Shown here: in pieces, positions 60,013-64,000 of the stretch
Layout of the letters: the number at the start of each line of letters is the position of its first letter
How positions within the stretch are numbered: position 1 is the first letter of the stretch
DNA from: Pirellulales bacterium
Lineage (GTDB): Bacteria > Planctomycetota > Planctomycetia > Pirellulales > DATAWG01
DNA: 64,000 nt
NCBI GenBank assembly: GCA_963738955.1
Contig: CAVTYW010000027.1
Coordinates: forward strand, 231,529 to 295,528
Direction: 5' to 3'
Notes under the pieces: generated by a model
Told to the model about the DNA's origin: nothing
The model's input: the letters and a program-made list of their open reading frames with translations, nothing else
The model's database searches: none
Translations under genes and position numbers: made by a program

Positions 60013-61536
60013 GTGCCATCCAAATTCCGCCCGCTCAGCCTGTTCTTCGCCTTGCTCCTCGTAGCGACCACTTGGCCCGTTTCCAATGCTCGCGCAGCCG
60101 ACGAGCCAACCGCCACGCCAACCGCCCCGATAATCTCCGACCCGCCCGACGAAGCGGCCCAAGCCGACGCGGCCAAGTTGATTCGCGATTTGTTCGGCGC
60201 GCAAATCGACGCCGCGAAAACGATTATCGCGAAAGACGAATTAGCCAAAAAACTGCTGCAGCAAGGCATCGACAGCAAGGCCGATCCAGCAGGGCAGTTC
60301 GTGCTTTACAAGATGGCCCGCGATTTGGCGATCGCCGTCGGCGATCCGGCGGTTGCGCTACAGTCGATCGATGAAACGGCCCGCGCGTTTCGCATCGACA
60401 GCTCCACGATGCGTCAAGAAACGTTGGCCGCGCTGGCGAAAACGGCGATCAATCCGATTCAAAGCCGTGCGTTGGCCGACGCCGCCTGGACGGCATTGGA
60501 CGAAGCGCTGGCCGACGACAATTTCGACGTCGCCAAGCTTCTCGCCACGCAAGGCGTCGCCGCCGCCAAACGCGGAAAAGATATCGAAATGCAACGACAA
60601 TGGGCGGCCCGCGCCAAAGACCTCGAAGAGCTGACGGCCGAGTTCGACGCCGTTCGCCCCGCCTTGACGGCCATCGTGCAAAAGCCACTCGACCCGACGG
60701 CAAACGCGGCCGTCGGCCATTACCGCATTTTCGTCAAAGGGGATTGGGACACGGGCCTGCCCATGATCGCGCTTGGCGCCGAATCGCCGCTACAAGCTTT
60801 GGCCGTCGTCGAAATGTCGCCCCCCGCGGAGTCGGAAGCACAACTCAAACTGGCCGACGCCTGGTGGGATTTGGCCGAAAGCTCCGCCGACGCCGCCGAG
60901 AAGGATCGACTGCAAGGCCGGGCATTCTTTTGGTACGGCCAGGCGCTGCCGAATCTGAACGGCTTGCCGAAGGCAAAAGTCGAGAAGCGGTTGCAAGAGG
61001 TCACCGCGAAAGTGTTTGCCCGAGTTCAGGCGGCCGTGCGCGGCAATAAACTGCAATACACCGCGACGGTCGGCCAGAATCGCGGCGCCGGGTTCATCGA
61101 CAAGCCGGAAGAAGGCGCGTTGCTCGTCGGCTTCGAGGTCGGTTTTGGCGGCGGCAGGGAAGGACAATATGTCCGTTCGATTCGCCCACTGTTTTTGGGC
61201 GCCCGGGGCGAAATTCCAGGCTCGATGCATGGCGGCGGGCGCGGCGACGTGCTCACGGTTCGAGCGCGGGAGGGTTTCGCCGTCGGCGGAGTCACGATCA
61301 AAGCGTCGAGCCGGATCGAAGGGCTGTCGGTCACCTTCATGCAAATTCAAGGCACCGGCTTGAACACGCGAAACGCCTACACCAGCGATTGGTACGGCGG
61401 CCACGGCGGCGCCAATTTCCGCATCGGCGGCAGCGGCGCGCCGATGGTCGGCCTGGCCGGCAAGGCGGACAATATGTTGCAAGAGATAGCGCCTGATGCA
61501 GACGCGGTGAGGGGACAGGGGCAGGGAAGCGGGTAA
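60013..61536 (+). CDS. Secreted paralog of 6286-7890 with a jacalin-like (beta-prism lectin) C-terminal domain
   Basis: GTG start and signal peptide PSKFRPLSLFFALLLVATTWPVSNARA. FVLYKMARDLAIAVGD, VGHYRIFVKGDWDTGLPMIALG, LADAWWDLAES, FWYGQALPNLNGLPKAKVEKRLQEV. The jacalin-like call for the C-terminus (GALLVGFEVGFGG...IEGLSVTFMQI...GAPMVGLAGK) is a guess. Confidence 0.7.
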   Translation: MPSKFRPLSLFFALLLVATTWPVSNARAADEPTATPTAPIISDPPDEAAQADAAKLIRDLFGAQIDAAKTIIAKDELAKKLLQQGIDSKADPAGQFVLYKMARDLAIAVGDPAVALQSIDETARAFRIDSSTMRQETLAALAKTAINPIQSRALADAAWTALDEALADDNFDVAKLLATQGVAAAKRGKDIEMQRQWAARAKDLEELTAEFDAVRPALTAIVQKPLDPTANAAVGHYRIFVKGDWDTGLPMIALGAESPLQALAVVEMSPPAESEAQLKLADAWWDLAESSADAAEKDRLQGRAFFWYGQALPNLNGLPKAKVEKRLQEVTAKVFARVQAAVRGNKLQYTATVGQNRGAGFIDKPEEGALLVGFEVGFGGGREGQYVRSIRPLFLGARGEIPGSMHGGGRGDVLTVRAREGFAVGGVTIKASSRIEGLSVTFMQIQGTGLNTRNAYTSDWYGGHGGANFRIGGSGAPMVGLAGKADNMLQEIAPDADAVRGQGQGSG

Positions 61537-61574
61537 CAGTTCGCTTGCGGTTTTGCGCGTTTTGATGCTCCAGG

Positions 61575-62444
61575 ATGACCCACGTGCAACTCGCAAAATT
61601 TCGCGCCGCCGACGGATCCATCTCGATCGGCATCGTTGACGGTGAATCGGTTGTGCCGCTGCGCGATGCCGGGAGTGCCGCTGTTTCGCTCTCCGAGATT
61701 CTTGAAGCCGATGATCCGGCGGCCCGCGCGGCAGCACTGCGGGATTCACTGGTTCAGCCAATTCGTTTGGCCGACGTTTCGCTGTTGGCGCCGATCGATC
61801 GGCAGGAAGTGTGGGCCGCCGGCGTGACTTACAAACGGAGCAAGACGGCGCGGATGGAGGAGTCGCAATCGGCGGCGACGCTTTACGATCGGGTCTATGC
61901 CTCCGATCGGCCCGAGTTGTTCTTCAAAGCCACGCCGCATCGCGTTTCCGGCCCGAACGCGCCGCTGCGCATCCGCCGCGATTCGCAATGGAATGTGCCG
62001 GAACCGGAATTGACGCTGGTGTTGAACTCCCGGCTCAAGCTAGTCGGGCTGACGGTCGGCAACGACATGAGCAGCCGCGACATCGAAGGCGAAAATCCGC
62101 TCTACTTGCCGCAGGCGAAATTGTACGACGCCTGCTGCGGCCTCGGCCCTTGGATCACGCTCGTTGAACCGGGCACGCCGCCGCCGCAGCTTGGCATTGG
62201 CCTCTCGGTGCGCCGCGGTGGAGGCGTCGTCTTCAAAGGCTCGACCAGCACAGCGCAAATGGCTCGATCGCTCGACGAACTGATCGGCTGGCTCGGCCGC
62301 GACAATTCATTTCCCGACGGAGTGTTTCTACTGACCGGCACAGGCATCGTGCCCGATGCTACCTTCACGCTTCACCCGGCCGACGTCGTCGAAATCACGA
62401 TCGACACCCTTGGCACGCTGACGAATCCGATCGTGCAAGCTTAA
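61575..62444 (+). CDS. Fumarylacetoacetate hydrolase (FAH) family protein
   Basis: Intact ORF with VWAAGVTYKRS, ELFFKATPHRVSGPNAPL, EPELTLVLNS, GLTVGNDMSSRDIE, GTGIVP. Confidence 0.85.
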   Translation: MTHVQLAKFRAADGSISIGIVDGESVVPLRDAGSAAVSLSEILEADDPAARAAALRDSLVQPIRLADVSLLAPIDRQEVWAAGVTYKRSKTARMEESQSAATLYDRVYASDRPELFFKATPHRVSGPNAPLRIRRDSQWNVPEPELTLVLNSRLKLVGLTVGNDMSSRDIEGENPLYLPQAKLYDACCGLGPWITLVEPGTPPPQLGIGLSVRRGGGVVFKGSTSTAQMARSLDELIGWLGRDNSFPDGVFLLTGTGIVPDATFTLHPADVVEITIDTLGTLTNPIVQA

Positions 62445-62502
62445 CGAGGCAGGCACTCTCTGAGTGCCGTCGCCTCCTCACGTTCCATCCTAGCCCTTCC
62501 CC

Positions 62503-63387
62503 GTGCTTCTCGCCTACAACACCAACGGCTTGGCTCATCACGATCCGATCGATGCGATCGAATTGCTGGCGGAGCTTGGGTACCGCGGTGTTGGGCTGAC
62601 GATCGATCATGGGCTGCTTAGCCCGTGCGCGGCAGCGGATGGGATTGGGCCGTCGGCGCGGGAATTGCGCGATGCGCTTCAGCGGCATGGGATGCGAAGC
62701 GTTGTCGAGACTGGAGCGCGGTTTCTGCTCGATCCGCGGCGAAAGCATGAGCCGACGCTGATGACGGCCGATGCCGAGGGGCGGAAGCAGCGCGTCGAAT
62801 TCCTGCAATATGCAATCCGGGTCGCGGCGGAATTGAAGTGCGATTGCGTTTCAATCTGGTCGGGGATTCTTCACGCGCCGTCCGACGGTGGCCCCATCGA
62901 CGACGAATTAGCGTTCGAGCGATTGATCGCCGGACTCGCGCCGGTTTGCGAATATGCGGCGTCGCAAGGCGTGCTTGTGGCCTTTGAGCCGGAGCCGGGG
63001 ATGTTTATCGATTCGATGCGGCGGTTCGACGAACTGCTCGATCGGTTCGACCATCCGGCTCTGCGGCTGACGATCGACGCGGGCCATCTGCACTGCCAAG
63101 GCGAAACGCCGATCGCCGATCAACTGCGCCGCTGGGCGTCGCGGTTGGTCAATGTGCATCTCGAAGACATGCGGGCCGGAGTGCATGAGCATCTGATGTT
63201 CGGCGAAGGCGAGATCGAGTTCCCGCCGGTGTTCGCGGCGCTGGCGGACATCGGTTATTCCGGGCTCGTGCAAGTGGAATTGAGCCGGCATAGCCATCAA
63301 GGGCCGGAAGCAGCGCGGCGGGCAATCGAGTTTCTCAAGCCGATGTTGCCGACATCTCCGTCCGGAGACACTAACCCGAAGCGTTAG
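62503..63387 (+). CDS. Sugar phosphate isomerase/epimerase (xylose-isomerase-like TIM barrel)
   Basis: Intact ORF with a GTG start. VAFEPEPGMFI, LRLTIDAGHL, VNVHLEDM, GEGEIEFPPVFAALADIGYSGLVQVELS. Confidence 0.8.
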   Translation: MLLAYNTNGLAHHDPIDAIELLAELGYRGVGLTIDHGLLSPCAAADGIGPSARELRDALQRHGMRSVVETGARFLLDPRRKHEPTLMTADAEGRKQRVEFLQYAIRVAAELKCDCVSIWSGILHAPSDGGPIDDELAFERLIAGLAPVCEYAASQGVLVAFEPEPGMFIDSMRRFDELLDRFDHPALRLTIDAGHLHCQGETPIADQLRRWASRLVNVHLEDMRAGVHEHLMFGEGEIEFPPVFAALADIGYSGLVQVELSRHSHQGPEAARRAIEFLKPMLPTSPSGDTNPKR

Positions 63388-63424
63388 CGAGGGCGGCGCG
63401 CACTCCGCCACCGCTAACGCTTCG
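63377..63424 (+). terminator. 13-nt perfect stem overlapping the stop codon of the isomerase gene (hairpin/REP; no T-tract)
   Basis: CGAAGCGTTAGCG (63377-63389) and CGCTAACGCTTCG (63412-63424), with an inner GGCGG/CCGCC stem. Confidence 0.4.
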
Positions 63425-63544
63425 CGCTTACTATCGACGGCGGCGTGGGACTGGCTAAGCGAATGCCTGAGTGATACGATCTTGCCTTAACCGTTGCGCT
63501 CCCGCCGCGACGACAAAATCGAACATGGATCGAAGGAGAAACTC

Positions 63545-64000
63545 ATGGCCGATAAACAGGCATTGATCGACGGGCTGAATGAAGATTTGAACCTGGAATT
63601 GGAAGCGATCCTGCGCTATATCTACCACGCCGCCAGCGCAACGGGGCTATTGGGCCACGAGCTGCGCGAGATGGCCAAGGAAGATCTGGCAGGCGAATTG
63701 ATTCACGCTTCGTTCCTGGCCGACAAGATTGCAGCGCTCGGCGGCGAGCCGAACATCAATCCGCGTCCGCCGAAGAAGCACAAGTCGGCGAAAGACATGC
63801 TCCAGGAAGACGTGGCCGCCGAACGGGCGATCGCCGAAAACTATCGCAAGCACATCGAACTGGCCGAGGAATTGGGTCAGAAGGGCCTGGTCATCAAGCT
63901 CGAAGACATTCTCTCCGACGAAGTTGACCATGCCGACGAACTCGAACGGCTGCGCGCGCTAACGGGCGCCGATTGTAGCAGGCACGCTCCGCGTGCCGTT
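63545..64000 (+). CDS. Ferritin-like (bacterioferritin/Dps-superfamily) protein; open at the window end
   Basis: Absent from the ORF track, probably because no stop is reached. My translation from the ATG at 63545, preceded by aaggaga: MADKQALIDGLNEDLNLELEAILRYIYHAASA...ELIHASFLADKI...EDVAAERAIAENYRKHIE...ILSDEVDHADELERL. Confidence 0.75.
   Translation, partial: MADKQALIDGLNEDLNLELEAILRYIYHAASATGLLGHELREMAKEDLAGELIHASFLADKIAALGGEPNINPRPPKKHKSAKDMLQEDVAAERAIAENYRKHIELAEELGQKGLVIKLEDILSDEVDHADELERLRALTGADCSRHAPRAV

Overview
The window reads as a GC-rich chromosomal segment of Planctomycetota type; I did not compute GC, and Pirellulales-like is only my inference. The inference rests on two PSCyt/DUF1549/DUF1553 + DUF1501 gene pairs, a membrane-bound-dehydrogenase/HEAT/cytochrome-c protein, a PEP-CTERM protein, an ECF sigma + Ser/Thr kinase pair, and several families of intergenic palindromic repeats. 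I can support about 45 protein-coding genes. I found no rRNA, tRNA or CRISPR array. There are three main messages. (1) The assembly is riddled with small indels. Many genes, including housekeeping ones (lptB, purF, proB), can only be read by hopping between frames, so most apparent pseudogenes are probably sequence errors rather than gene decay. (2) The most system-like block is an 11-12 kb minus-strand operon at 40560-52507. It encodes an ECF sigma factor, a PilM/PilN-like fusion protein, two large proteins with an N-terminal TM and no domains I recognise, and a giant secretin of about 1380 aa. This looks like a divergent envelope-spanning machine related to type IV pili. (3) Accessory oddities include: a lower-GC islet where a 20-31 bp repeat in inverted orientation brackets a CHC2 zinc-finger ORF; an MqsA-like antitoxin paired with an unrecognised 295-aa protein; an ECF/kinase module flanked by proteins that share Gly/Pro-rich tails; a three-member paralog family; one IS element; and at least six REP-like repeat families. 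All calls come from reading the supplied translations and the DNA by eye. No searches were run.
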